64,000 bases of DNA from Lama glama (taxonomy: Eukaryota). Within the stretch, counting starts at the first letter, position 1. Each line of letters begins with the position of its first letter. The notes under the pieces were generated by a model. The model did no database searches. It was not told the DNA's origin and was given only the letters and a program-made list of their open reading frames with translations. The stretch lies in assembly GCA_028534125.1 (NCBI GenBank), contig CM052818.1, positions 23,934,001 to 23,998,000 on the forward strand. The letters are read 5' to 3'. Made by a program: the position numbers and the translations under genes. Shown here in pieces: positions 1 to 12,709 of this stretch.

Positions 1-340
1 TGCCCTCCAAAAGAGACCTTTTCAACATCTTGCAAGGAGGATAACATTATTTTTTTGAATGAGATTTAATGAAAGCTGAATATAATTTTTAAGCATGTTT
101 CTTACCACAAAATATTTATTGTTTGAGGAATGTATTTATATACTTAATATTAACAAGTCTTTTTATGACCAAACTGATTTGGTCAGATCAAACTGATTCA
201 CAATTTCCAGTCTTACTAAATTTGATTTTTTAATGCTGCTCTTTAGTGTAAAGATATTTATTATGGGATATCTGGAATCATTACAAAAGATAGATGATAG
301 TATGAAATAAAATTTATATTTTATGGCAAGACAAGAAAAA

Positions 341-758
341 TTTAAACATAAAAAATTATTCCTGTGCTTTGGCTTCCTCTCTCCCCACATTGTTCATTGG
401 GTATCTGCATTATGCACTGACCAAACCTCCCCAACTGGCAAGAATACCTGCTCAACCATCAAGAGCAACATCAACAAGAGAACTTCTTAAAAGATAACAT
501 TTGCTTTTGATCTTGTAAGGGGTCACATGACCCACCAAGATAATGCCTAGATCTGGATTATGTAAACTGTCAATAATACATCATTTGATGTACAGCCTTC
601 TGTCTCAAAAAACTTACAAACCTATGCATTGATTTCTAACTGGCAAAAACAGTTATCAGGGCTTTCTGAGATTCTCTTCCTGGGTTATAATCTTCAAATT
701 TGGCTCAAACAAAAATTTTCATTTCTTTCTTAGATCAACTGATTAATCTTTCATCAAC
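341..758 (+). mobile_element. ERV1-like solo LTR (approximate bounds)
   Basis: LTR-like segment ending ...tttggctcaaacaaaaattttcatttctttcttagatcaactgattaatctttcatcaac, resembling laurasiatherian ERV1 LTR 3' ends; no internal ERV sequence follows. Confidence 0.55.
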
Positions 759-2051
759 CATAGTTAAATAAATAAGTATCAGACAGATGGGTGACAGATA
801 TATCTCCATCTGTATCTTTATCTCTTTCTACCTATCATATAAAAGGTATTTTAACCTTACAAATATACTTACAGACCTAGGACTAATGCTGATGACGTAA
901 ATTTTTAATTAAACATTTTAGCATTTTTTCTAAGATTTGTCAAGGGTTTCTTTATTATAAAAAATAGATTTGATAATATTTTCAAATATATGGAAAGTTC
1001 TCAAGAAAACTTAAATACGTGGAAAAGAATTCTGGCAGAACAAGAGTTATGAAAAATACAATGATTAATAAACTCTTCAGAATATTCAATGTATTCAAAA
1101 TAATATCTCTTTTAAACTTGAAACACAATTTAGTTTGTCTTGAAACATTCAGGCAAGTTGCAAGAATATACATTTAAATGTAACATTCAGTTACATTTCA
1201 ACATAAGTTGCAATAATATATGTTTTATATAATGTTATAGCAAGTAAGGATAAAACGGGAAAAAAAATTTTATCTGATTTACAATCACTGTTGTCTACCG
1301 ACATTATTTTTTTTCCAAAAAAATTCTTTCTTATTCAATACTAATGGCAAAACTTATTTTTCACCTGAGGTTTAAATGTCAAAATAAACTTTCCTTTAAA
1401 CTGGTCTGACTTTCTCTGAAGGCTTTTTCACTCCAGAACGAATGGCTGTGACTGTAAATTCAATTGATTTTTTAAAAAATCTAGTACTTAGAAAAAAAGA
1501 AATAAGAAAGCACCAGGACATTTGACAACAAATTATTTGCTATATAGTGCTTAAAAGGAATGATTACTCAGTACCTTGAAGGGAAGTACTTAATGGACAA
1601 AATGACCCAAGAGGAACTGAAAACACAATCTACAAAGCCAGAAGAAAATCTGCTGTTTTGGATAATGTGACAGAAATAGCATTACTTGGAAGAAATTATT
1701 TTTACCTAATCCAAGTTAACCTCTGAATATTTCATTTTTGCTTCTTCAGAGAAAATACTCTAATTTCAAAATACAGCTCTCACTTTATCTTGACTTATAA
1801 ATTATTTATCTAGTTCAACTAATGAAAATGTTTAAGCATGTTTGATTTAAAGAAAACATACAGTAATTTTGAAGTAAGATTATGTTACTTTAAAACAGAC
1901 TGTTTAAGAAAATAATCTTTCTGCAAGCTAATGTTTCTGGGCATAAGATCAGAAACTAATTGCTTTAAAGTTATTTTCATTCCATCATGGCACCTCAAAT
2001 CATTTTTAGTAATGTTAATCAAAAAATTAAATAGTGATTGTTGGGCATATC

Positions 2052-3138
2052 TGTAAGGGAGCAAAATTTGCCACCCCTAAATGTGTCTCTTTGGCATGAG
2101 AGTTAATTTAGGCTAATTATTTTTTAGAAACAGAAGATTTTGGAAGACTTTTTACCTCCCCTTTAGCTTCCTAAAAAATTTAGATAAAGGGTCTGATCCT
2201 GTAATAGAGCTACAACCAGAAATATCTACAAAGCAGATGGGATAGGTGTGGTGGGGGAAATTTGGCAGACCAGAGTCCACTCTGTGTCCCATTGTCTCTG
2301 CATAGCCCAGCAAACATTTTGTTGTTGTTGTTATTTTTTACTAAACATTTGCTTTTCCATACCCATGTCAATTGCCTTCTTGCCCTTTGAGGTCCCAAAC
2401 CACTGCCCACAACAATCTCTTATCTTTAGCTGAAGATGGTATTTAAGATGTGAACTTTGGCCATTTTGTCAATGTTGGGGCTCAAGGTAAGCCACCCCAA
2501 AATATGCCTCAATGGCATATTAAGTATTCTGAATTAAAGTTACTCAAGAAAGGGCCAATACAAGAGGGCTCAGACCCCCCTGTCTCCCTAAAAGCAGGAA
2601 ATAGATCCCTCATGTGAAAGGTGCCCTCCATGCATCAGAAGGTGGAGGGACACTCTTATCAACAGAGATAGGAAATTTAGACCAAGAAGCCTGTATAAAC
2701 AAAACTGTTACTTCTTCAATTAACTACCTCAGGCCCAAATTCTGTTTATATTTTTCACTAGTTGAGCACCCAAAACCTGTTTCTTTGTCCCATCAACTCC
2801 TCACAACTTGATTGTTTAAAAAGTATACAAACTTCCTATTTTGGCCACTTCTTTGGTCCCATTTCTCTGAGACCTTCATGCACATAAATTAAATTCTGTT
2901 TCTTTTTCTCCTGTTAATCTGTCTGGTATGACTGTTATTATTAGTGAAGACACAAGTCAAGAGGGATAGGGGTATATCCTCCTCCCTGAGAGTTATTCAG
3001 TTTTCCTAGGTTTCTTCCATGTATACATGTCATTAAACTTTTGTTTTGACTTTCTCCTGGTCATCTGTCATGTTAATTTAAATTTTAGACCAGCCATAAG
3101 AACTTAGAAGTATAAAGGAAAACTTTTCCTCCCTGACA
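2052..3138 (+). mobile_element. MER34-family-like ERV1 solo LTR (outer), interrupted by a second LTR
   Basis: Starts TGTAAGGGAGCAAAATTTGCCACCCCTAAATGTGTCTCTTTGGCAT and ends ...TTTTCCTCCCTGACA (TG...CA termini); ATTAAA at ~3032. Confidence 0.75.
2473..2991 (+). mobile_element. MER34/MER39-like ERV1 solo LTR (inner, nested)
   Basis: Starts TGTTGGGGCTCAAGGTAAGCCACCCCAAAATATGCCTCAATGGCAT and ends CCTCCTCCCTGAGA; both termini parallel those of the outer LTR. Confidence 0.75.
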
Positions 3139-3549
3139 CACAAACTCATATATTTATAACTTTTCATCTAAATGCATCTTTTGATAGACCAGGCTCATAG
3201 GGAGCTATCTTACCCTTTAAAATTCCTTTTTCTATAAAATCTTTAAAGCTTTGAATTGCATGTTGAGAAGAGAACTTAAAAATGGTAGTAGATTGGTGCC
3301 CAGGGAGAGTATATATCTTGGTTATAGCTATAATAACATAGTAAATAGTGTATAAGAAAAAAAACACTTCAAGAACAAGAATTAAACTAATCAAAACAAA
3401 TAACTTAAAAGTTGTATGACAAAGAGAACTCTGTGGCATACACAGGTAATGGGGTTAAGTGATACTGGATCGGAGTAAGAAAAAGAATAAGCATACATCT
3501 CTTCATATCTACTTGTTTTAAGTATTTCATTAGGCACCTTCTCTTTTTA

Positions 3550-3660
3550 ATAGTAATAATAGAGACAGTAGATTATTACATTTATTTTACAGCTGAGCAA
3601 ACTGGGTAAGTGATATTGCTTAGCTATGATCACACAGCTTGTAAGCTTTAGATCCAAATA
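3550..3660 (-). mobile_element. MIR SINE fragment
   Basis: ATTTTACAGCTGAGCAAACTG...GATCACACAGCTTGTAAG matches the MIR core in reverse orientation. Confidence 0.6.
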
Positions 3661-4454
3661 CACGCAGTATCTTGGGAAAAATACTCATATGAAGTTTACT
3701 TGGGAAACTCAGAGAAACTTGTCACTATACAAACCCACATGTGTGACTCCAGAACTTGCTATACCTGATAGTATCCTATGAGCATATCAACCATGAGACG
3801 TGAAGCAGTATAATGTGTGTGGCTGATGGGGGTGTGGCGGGGGCTTGGGCTGCGGAGGTAGTAATGGAGTTGAACTAAAAGTCAGGCTGTAATTTAACTT
3901 TCCAGATTAAAGAAAATCTTAAATACCACTGTCAGGGATTCAGACTTTATATTGCACTCAATGGGGAACCATCAAAGTTTTGACCAGATGGTAACTAAAT
4001 CAAAACTATGGTCTAGATTTGTGTATTTCCTCAACTTGTTCTAGAAACAAATTCTCTAACATAGTATCCTTTCCAAAAACTGTTCAGCTGAAATGCATTA
4101 TACTGCAGTTATCTTAATTTAGAAGTAAGTTTAACTTAATTTACAATTAAAATATTATTTAATTTAGAATTGAAGTATAAGATAGCTTCATAGCAATTGT
4201 AGTATTTCCATCAAATTTCTGCTTATTTTCTTTTAAAAATAAGCTCTAAAATCTCTTTTTAATGATAAAATATGAAATAAACAGTTAAAATATAAAATAA
4301 AACAATAAACAGTTATTAGTCTCAAAAGGAGATATTAGGAGAATGTAGGTGGACAGTATTTATAGAAACGTCAATGTTCATGGTAAAATGTATTAGGGAA
4401 CATATCGTGGTATAGCAAGTGAAAAGGAAACATGGAGGTTCTTTTCCCCAGCCT

Positions 4455-5900
4455 TTCAGAAGATTTATGAAATACTTTCTACAGTCCAGAAACTCTTACT
4501 GGTTCTGGGGTTACATACAGCAGTGAAGGAAGTCCTGGTGCTCAGTGACCTTTTATTTCAGGAAGAGGGAGACACTCAATAAGCAGGTAAATAATGGAAT
4601 AATAAAACTCTGACAAATACAATAAAGTGGGTCAAGGGAATAGGAAGTTCAGGATAGTGGTGGTGGTGGTGGAGTATACTGAAAATAGAACATTTGAGCT
4701 GAGACCTGAAAAGTGTGAGGAAGTGCGCTACAAGCTTACACAAAAGCCAGTGTTTCAGGCCAACAGAAGAGCTAGGCGGTAACTTGGCGAAGCCATAACA
4801 GGTAGGGCCCTGGAAGACATTGTTTGAATTTTCCTATTTACTGTGAGAAAGAAATTCATTAAAGGATTCTTTATATGCATGACATGCTTTTTCTCACATT
4901 CTGAAAGGATCATTAAGGGGGCAGAGTAGGGAGCAAGGACAAAAAACAGGGATTCCAGTTATAAACTATTGCAATAATCCAGATAAGAGACAATGATGGC
5001 TTGGAATTTGATAGTAGCAGTACAAATTCTGAGAGTGGTAAAATTCCAGTTCTATTTCAAAGCTTAAGCCAAAAGAATTTACTGATAGATTGGGTGTGGT
5101 GTATGAAAGAAATAAAGGAAACATAAAACACTCCAAATGAGATAGGGTAGATGTGGAGGAGAGAATTTGGGAGCACAGAGGAATCAGGTTTAAGTTTAAG
5201 ATGATTATTAGATATACAACTGTAAATGTTGATGAATTAGTTGTATGTGAAAGTCTAGAATTCAGAGGAACAGTCAGATATACCGATACAAAATGGGGAA
5301 TCCTAAATAACACTTAATACTATAAGATTGAATGGAGTCTCCCAGAGTAAATATAGGTGAAGAAGAGAAGTCTGAGGCTTTAGTCCTGGGGATCTCCAAC
5401 AGGTTAGCAGAAAAAGAAAAGCCAGCAAAAAAAGGTAGCAGCAATGGAGGTAGGAGGAGATGGAAGAGAAACCGATGTCTTGACAGCAAAGTGGAAAAAG
5501 AGTTTATGGTGGAATAAGTGACCAACTGTCTTGAGAACTAAAACCACTGGATGTAGCAATGTACTGGTCATTGCTGATTTGAACAACAGCTGTTGGAGTG
5601 GTACAGATGAAGGTCTAGTTACACTGGCTTAAAGAGTAAATGAAGGATGATAAGTGGAGGCAATATTTTCAAGAAGTTTTATTGTATAAGGATGCAAAGA
5701 AATGGGGCATTAACTGGAGCAGAATGTGTGCACAAATGCATATTTTAATATAGCATATAATATATCAGGTTTTTATCTTAAATGAAATAATCCAGCAAAG
5801 ATGAAAAATTGATAATATAATGGAGTAAGGAGAAACTGAGTAGACAAGAGAGGACTAAATGTAGTATAGAGAGAGACAAGTATTTTGACCATAATAACAA
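4455..5900 (-). mobile_element. L2 LINE 3' fragment (degenerate)
   Basis: Purine-rich L2-antisense motifs: CATTTGAGCTGAGACCTGAA, CTATTGCAATAATCCAGATAAGAGACAATGATGGCTTGG, GGTCATTGCTGA. Confidence 0.75.
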
Positions 5901-7196
5901 AGTTATAGGTAGGTTGGCAGATGTGACCTTAAGAGTGTGTGTGGATGTTCTCTTTAAATGCTTCTATTGGGGTTTATTCTGTATCCTTATTACCCTTAAA
6001 AAGATATTGAAATCCATAGATTTAATTTTTATGAAAAGCATTTGGTTTTTAGAATAATGAAGAACTTTCAGGTCTTGTTATTCTCAAGCCAGTGCTTTTT
6101 AAAATAAAAAATAATTTAAATAATTAATATACATAGCTTAATAAAAAGGTTGATAAATATAGACATTATTTTAATGAGTCCCTCTTTTCTGATTTGTTTT
6201 CAATTTTTGTGAATATATGATATCATTAATTTTCTCATGTTCCTAAAGCATGCTAACTTCTCAATAACTATAGCTATTATTAGGAAAATAAAATGGGAAA
6301 TGTAATTTCTTGGTTGACATCACTTTATGACACTTGAGGCTTTGGACAGCCTTTGTTTTTATACAAATTAACTCTTCAAAGTTTTGTTCAACTGTGGGAA
6401 AAGCATTTATTTTGCTGCACATAAAAAATGAGAAGAGCCAACTTCATTCTTGAATAGTAGTTCTCCTAAAAACATGTTCTCAGGAAGACATTCACGGACA
6501 TATGTCAGTTACTAAAGGACTCTATTTTAATTTTCAGGTAAATTCACCTAAATGAACCAGAAGGATCTCCAAAGCCTTGGGTTATTTGTTTGTAAAATTG
6601 AGCAATCTCAAATCATGATACAGTTCACTGTTATGGTCATGGTTATTGTCAACTCTAAATCTACGGATCATTGGAGGGAAATAATCAACAAAACAGTTGA
6701 CATTTGCATTACAGTGGGAAAACTGAGCACAAAAGAACATCAACATTTGCTTTGTGCTTTCCTGTCTAGTTTGACTTCCTATTCATGGAGAATGGGAAAT
6801 AGAGAGGTTTTCATTTCTCTTCTAATACCTGTGTGAAAAGAGGTAAGTGAATCAAAGTCTAATTTCTGTTTATTGAATAGATAAATTCAAATAAATACAA
6901 AGTTTGACAATGATCTATTTTGTAACTATAGTACTTAAATAGATGAATATTGAAAATTATGAGAAAGAAAAATACAAAAGGCCAGAAACAGTGTATAATT
7001 AAACAAATTAATTTTCATCATTTTCCACTGAAATAGCATTTAGCTTAAGCTTTTGACCCTATTTACCACAGACTAGTTCCTTAGTAAACTAATAAAGATT
7101 TTTGGATGTCAAAATGTGAGTCTTTCTGATTCTCCTTCATTTCCATAGAAATGAATTTTTTTTTATTTAAAAAAATCTGAACAAAATCTGTTGTGA

Positions 7197-7810
7197 CTAT
7201 GAATTAAGAGACACAAATTTCTAGTTGCAAAATCTGTCATAAATATAAATGTACAGTGTGGGGAATATAGTCAGTAATTATGTGGTATCTTTGTGTGGTG
7301 ACAAATGGTAACTAGATGCAGCCTGGTGATCATTTTGAAATGTATAGAAATATCAAAACAAGTTGTGCACCAGGAACTAACATGGTGTTGTAGGTCAACT
7401 AAACTTCAAAAACAAACAAACAAGCAAATCCATAGAAAAAGAGATCAGATTTGTGGTTACCAGAGGTGGAGAGGGCGGGTAAGGGAAACTGAATGAAGGC
7501 AGTCAAGAGGTACAAACTTTCAGTAGAAGATAAATAAGTAGTAGAGCTGTCATGTACCACATGACTAATATAATTAACACTGCTACATGTTATATATGAA
7601 AGCTGTTAAGAGAGTAAATCCTCAGAGTTCTCAGTACAAGGAAACTAATGTTTCTATTTCTTTAAATTTGTACCTGTAAATAAAATGACAGATATTCACT
7701 AAACTTATTGTGCTCATCATTCCATGATGTGTGTAAATCAAATTATGCTGCACACCTTCAACCTAGTGCTGCATGTCAATCATACCTCAACAAACCTGGA
7801 AGAGAAAAAC
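7197..7810 (+). mobile_element. 5'-truncated L1 3'UTR (L1_Art-like) with TSD
   Basis: L1 3'UTR motifs (GATTTGTGGTTACCAGAGG, GTACAAACTTTCAG); direct repeats ATCTGAACAAAA(T/G)CTGTTGTGA at 7175-7196 and 7811-7832. Confidence 0.85.
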
Positions 7811-9519
7811 ATCTGAACAAAAGCTGTTGTGAGTTGGAATAACCTGTGATTCTACAAAAAAGCAAAAACTGCCCCTGAGAATGCTCAGACTATATTACTT
7901 ATAGAACATAAACAGTAATACAGGAATATTCAAATGACAATTCAAAAAACTTCTTGTCTGATCTTTCCACAAGCTCTGTCACTAGTCCAATCATTAGCAT
8001 GACCTTGGTTGCTGGGTTTATGATTTTATCACAAACCAAGACATTTTTAACATGTCATATTTTTATAATATGCATCTTATTTATTAATTTCTTTATATAA
8101 AGGATTGCTGGAAAATAAAGAGACGTAGATGTAAAAATACTGATGTCATCAAGAGGAATATAAAATGCTGCATTGATCAATTTCTGAGTGTGTCCAGACA
8201 GACCAAAGAGACGAACAGTTTACTCCCAAACTGACCACACAATGATGCTTCTGCCAGAAGTCAGAGAGGTGAAACCAATTACAGGAGGTGAGATAATTAG
8301 GAAAGATTACAACTTTGAAATTAACCTCAATAGCATATTTTTTAAAATTTCTTGTTTGTAATAATACCTCACACGCTAAAGACTGACTTCTCTGAGAGGG
8401 AGTCACATATTTCACTCAGTTTTTAAATTTCTTAAAGACTAATAAATTATTAGAGGCTCACTAAATATTTATAATGTAATAGAGTGATATTTTATCAGAG
8501 ACCACATGACTCCATTATTTTACATACCAATAGGAACACCAACCAAATTGACATTAAATATTCAGCTGAAAGTTATATCTGAAATATTGTTTTGGAAAAT
8601 GACATACTTAGACAAATATATGCACAGTGACTAATTCTCATTATTCTGTACTAACTGCCCTTTCTCTAAATATCAAATCTTGGATGATTTCAATTTTTAA
8701 TTCGTATGAAAAATGGAAGTCCAGACAAAATAACATTGTCTCTTCCTTTTAAGTGCTCTGTTTTAAGATTTTGACATGCATTCTCTTTCTATCAATACGA
8801 ATTTGAAAAAAAGGGCAGTTTTTATATGTTCAACATAATGGAGTGGAAAACTACAATATAGGACTTCATGACCATAGTTTATGGAAAGAAAAGAACAATT
8901 GTTACTTGTGATTGTGTCTTTCTCTTCTGATTTTTTTTAGGGGGGTAAACGATGCAATACATTATATTCATTATCTTTTAGAATCCTACTTGAGAGTACC
9001 TCTTTCGACATAAGAATCATTGGGTGAAATGGCAAACTTGATTTTTCGATGAAAAAACAATGTTGCAATCAGTGCACAATCCGTTTTCAGAAAAAGTGTT
9101 CCTTTTCTGTTCTTACAGGGAATTTAGAATGACCAACATGAAGTGATTATTTGAAATGAGAGGGTTCCTTCCTGAGACTTCATTTCACAGAAAATAAGAC
9201 AGTTTTAATGTAACTCCTTCTATTTTTAACATAATTAACACATACAAGTCACAAAAATAATTATAGTATATGGTGCCTTATAGAAAGCTAGTCTCTTCTT
9301 CAGCTATTGGAGGAGGCTTTCTAACACTTCTTCCATTGTTTCCAACCAGATTCATTTTCATAGAAAAGGTCTAGAACTCTGGGGATAGTCACACATTTGT
9401 TATCAAGTGTATGTTTTATAAGTAATCAGTCAAGGATGATGAAACCTAAAATCATGGATTCTCAGAAAGAAGATTTAAAATAAAGCAGAGATGTAGAAAT
9501 ATTTTGCCACTACCACCAT

Positions 9520-9782
9520 CATCATCACCACTAGAATGTACTGAGCATAATATGTGAGGAATAGTTTCACATCACCTCATTTAAACTCCATGTGCTAGAT
9601 AATTCTATCCATGAGCTAGATAATTCGATCACCTGCATTTAACAGATTAAAGGATCAAGACATTGAGAAGGTAAATAACCGTCCACGGTTTTACAGATAG
9701 TAAATGGTGGAGTTGAAATTTATATCCATGTACTTTAGTTGCAGAGTTCACATGTTTAATGATTACACTCTGTTGCCTCATC
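9520..9782 (-). mobile_element. MIR SINE
   Basis: TCACCTCATTTAA...AGTAAATGGTGGAGTTGAAATT...ACACTCTGTTGCCTC, MIR antisense pattern. Confidence 0.65.
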
Positions 9783-10920
9783 CAACTCAATGCTTGAAAC
9801 ACTAAAAGGTTTAGATATTTTAGAATCCCCCTACCCTCACCCAAGAGAGAAAGTTTTATTACTCTGGGAACACAGACAACTCCTTGAGAGCAAGAAAAAG
9901 AAACTTGGATTTATAGTGAAGACTTTAAACATTACAAATGCCAGCCTGGAGTCAAGGCACAACTTTAAAGGTTAAAAGTAGCTAAAGGTTAAGAAAAATG
10001 GGAACTAAAATGTGTCTGCAGCATTGGAAAATTGAATATAAGGCAAAGATGTTTCAAGAACTGAAACTTTGCTAATTAAGGACACTTATATTTATGTAGC
10101 ACCTTAAATCAAGAATTGCTATGATTAAAAAAATTAACTGTTCACTTTCCACTGTGATTTCCTGTGAAGCAGAGTGCATTTATTAAAATTAGAAATGGTT
10201 GGAATCTGGTTTTAAATACAGTTAAATGAAAGGACTATATCTCAATAATACTGACAGTTTGTACCTTCTGTCTTCATTATAGTTTCCATTTTAAGCAGAA
10301 TTAAGCAAGGGGAAGGGGCTCTCATAGTTAGAAATTGGCATATACATTCTATTATTTTTTAAAAGAATCCTATATTCTAAAAACGAGAATTTGAATACCA
10401 GGAGCTGAACTATGTGTAGAAGATTAAAGTCAGCTTCCTAAAGAATTTTGCTCCCTAATATGCAATGAAGTTAGAAGTGATTCTAATTTTAAAAGGTAGA
10501 GCTTAACGTTTGTTGCCTTTTAATTAACAGAAGTAGAAATTTTTATTCAAGACCTTTCATTGTGGATCATTACTGACTCTCAGAGAATCAGAGGCTGAGA
10601 GAACACATAACTCCTAAACTTCAGAATGAGAGAACTGACATCGTTTTTGGCAAACTTCTCCATTTCCCTGCTGTTGAGTACCATCAAGTATAAACTCTCA
10701 TAATAAAATGGTATAAACTTGCCATGAAGACAAGTCTCCCAGATAGACTCAGATATTGAATTAAAAGTACAAAGTTTCATATGAACACTCAGACAGAGAT
10801 GTGCTTTCTTGTTTTGCCCTAGGGTTTTCTGCTTTATCCATTCATCACCCTCAAGTTTTGTAGAGTTCTGTGTTACACAAACAAAGAAAAGAAAATCCAT
10901 GCTACTTTCATACTGTCCAC

Positions 10921-10953
10921 CAAAAAAAAAAACAGAAAGAAAGAAAGAAAGAA
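10921..10953. repeat. poly-A/(GAAA)n microsatellite
   Basis: A run followed by GAAA x5. Confidence 0.9.
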
Positions 10954-11450
10954 ATCTTTATTTGTGGTGAATTTATAGATTACTGCCACTCAAGATGAAG
11001 GTTTTCGGTATTTATTAACTTGTTGGCTATTCTTAACCAAATTAAGAATTTGCCATTTTCCATCTGATATAACAAGAAAGAAAAGGAGGGAATATTTTGG
11101 AATGTTATTTTTACCTAGAAAAATATTTTAAAATTCTGAATTAGTAGATATTGATTTTTAGATTATTTCACTGTATAGTGATACCTGATAAATAACATAA
11201 AATATATAGTTTACAATCACTTTTTGCAAAACTAAGGAGAGAGAAAAGATTTATGCTGAGTTGAAAATTAGGACTCAACAAGTATTTGTTAAAGCAAATG
11301 TAGTCATTTGTTGACCATTCTCTGCATACCAGCACTCACTGATTCACTGACTTCATGAAAACTAGGCATCATGATTTTTCGGTGACTACTTCCAGGTAGA
11401 GTAAAACTAAACTGGGCTGCAAAGCCACTGCTGTGAGCCTGGCTGTGATT

Positions 11451-11490
11451 GATTGCAAAGTAAGTACTTTGATTGCAAAGTAAGTACTTT
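11451..11490. repeat. Perfect 20-bp tandem duplication
   Basis: GATTGCAAAGTAAGTACTTT x2. Confidence 0.95.
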
Positions 11491-11573
11491 GTTCTGTGTT
11501 TTAATATCTTGTTTATTTTATTAAACTTGAGTTCAGGAGCTTTTACTTAAATCTATATAAGTATACCTGTTGT

Positions 11574-12709
11574 CAAAAGAAATAAAAGCACAGATAAACA
11601 AACAGGACCTAATTAAACCTAAAAGGTTTTTGCACAGTAAAGGAAACCACAGACAAGATAAAAAGACAAACTACATAATGGGAGAAAATATTTGCAAATG
11701 ATATGACCTATGACCAACAAAGGGTTAACATCCAAAATACATACATAACTCATATAACTCAATATTTTAAAAAAAAAATTAAAAAGGGCAGAAAACCTGA
11801 GAAAACATTTTTCAGAAGAGAACATGCAGATGACCAAAAGCTACATGAAATGATGCTTAACATTGTTTATCAGAGAAATGCAAATCAAAACAATGAGATC
11901 ACCCCACACCCATCAGAATGGCTATCATCAAAACACCTACAAATAACAAAGAATGTGGAGAAAAGGGAATCCTTTTACACTGTTGGTAAGAATGTAAATT
12001 GTACAGTCACTGTGGAAAACAGTATGGAGGTTTCTGAAAAAACTAAAAATAGAACTACCATATGACCCACCAATTACATTTTTGGTTACATAGCCAGAAA
12101 AAAACAAAAACACTAATTCAAAAAGATACACGCACGTCAATGTTTATAGGATCACTATTTATAATAGCCAAGATACGGAAGCAACCTAAATGTCCACTGA
12201 CAGATGAATAAATAAAGAACTGCGATACACACACACACACCAAACTATTACTCAGCCATAAAAAGGACAAAATTCTGCTATTTGTATCAATTAATCAACA
12301 TAGGTGGACCTAGAGAATATCATGCTTAATGAAATAAGTCATACAAAGACAAATATTGTATGATATCACTTACATGTGGAAACTAAAGAAATAAAACGAA
12401 TGTATACAACAAAACAGAAACACATTCACAGATACAGAAAAAAAAAAAAGAAACTAGTGGTTGGTGGAGAGAGGGAAGCAGTGAGGGGTACAATGGAGGT
12501 ATGGGATTAAGTCCTACAAATGACTATGTATAAAATAGTTTAAGTAACAAGGATATATTGTATAGCACAGGAAATTACAGCCACTATCTTGTAATAACTT
12601 TTAATGGAGTATAAACTGTAAAAATATCAAATCGCTATGCTGTATGCCTGGAACTAATATAATACTGTAAATGAACTATACTCTAATAATAAAAAATAAA
12701 AATAAAAAA
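11574..12709 (+). mobile_element. 5'-truncated L1 (ORF2 C-terminus remnant, 3'UTR and A-rich tail)
   Basis: ORF2 C-terminal-like peptide NVEKRESFYTVGKNVNCTVTVENSMEV; typical 3'UTR; tail AATAAAAAATAAAAATAAAAA. Confidence 0.9.

Noticed and set aside
1176..1198. Short inverted repeat AAATGTAAC/GTTACATTT (similarly CTGGTAATTT/AAATTACCAG at ~29362)
   Set aside because: 9-10 bp AT-rich stems are expected by chance and show no miRNA- or MITE-like context
8103..8287. Plus-strand exon candidate (DCWKIKRRRCKNTDVIKRNIKCC...)
   Set aside because: All three frames hit stops, the acceptor is weak, there is no partner exon and no recognisable homology
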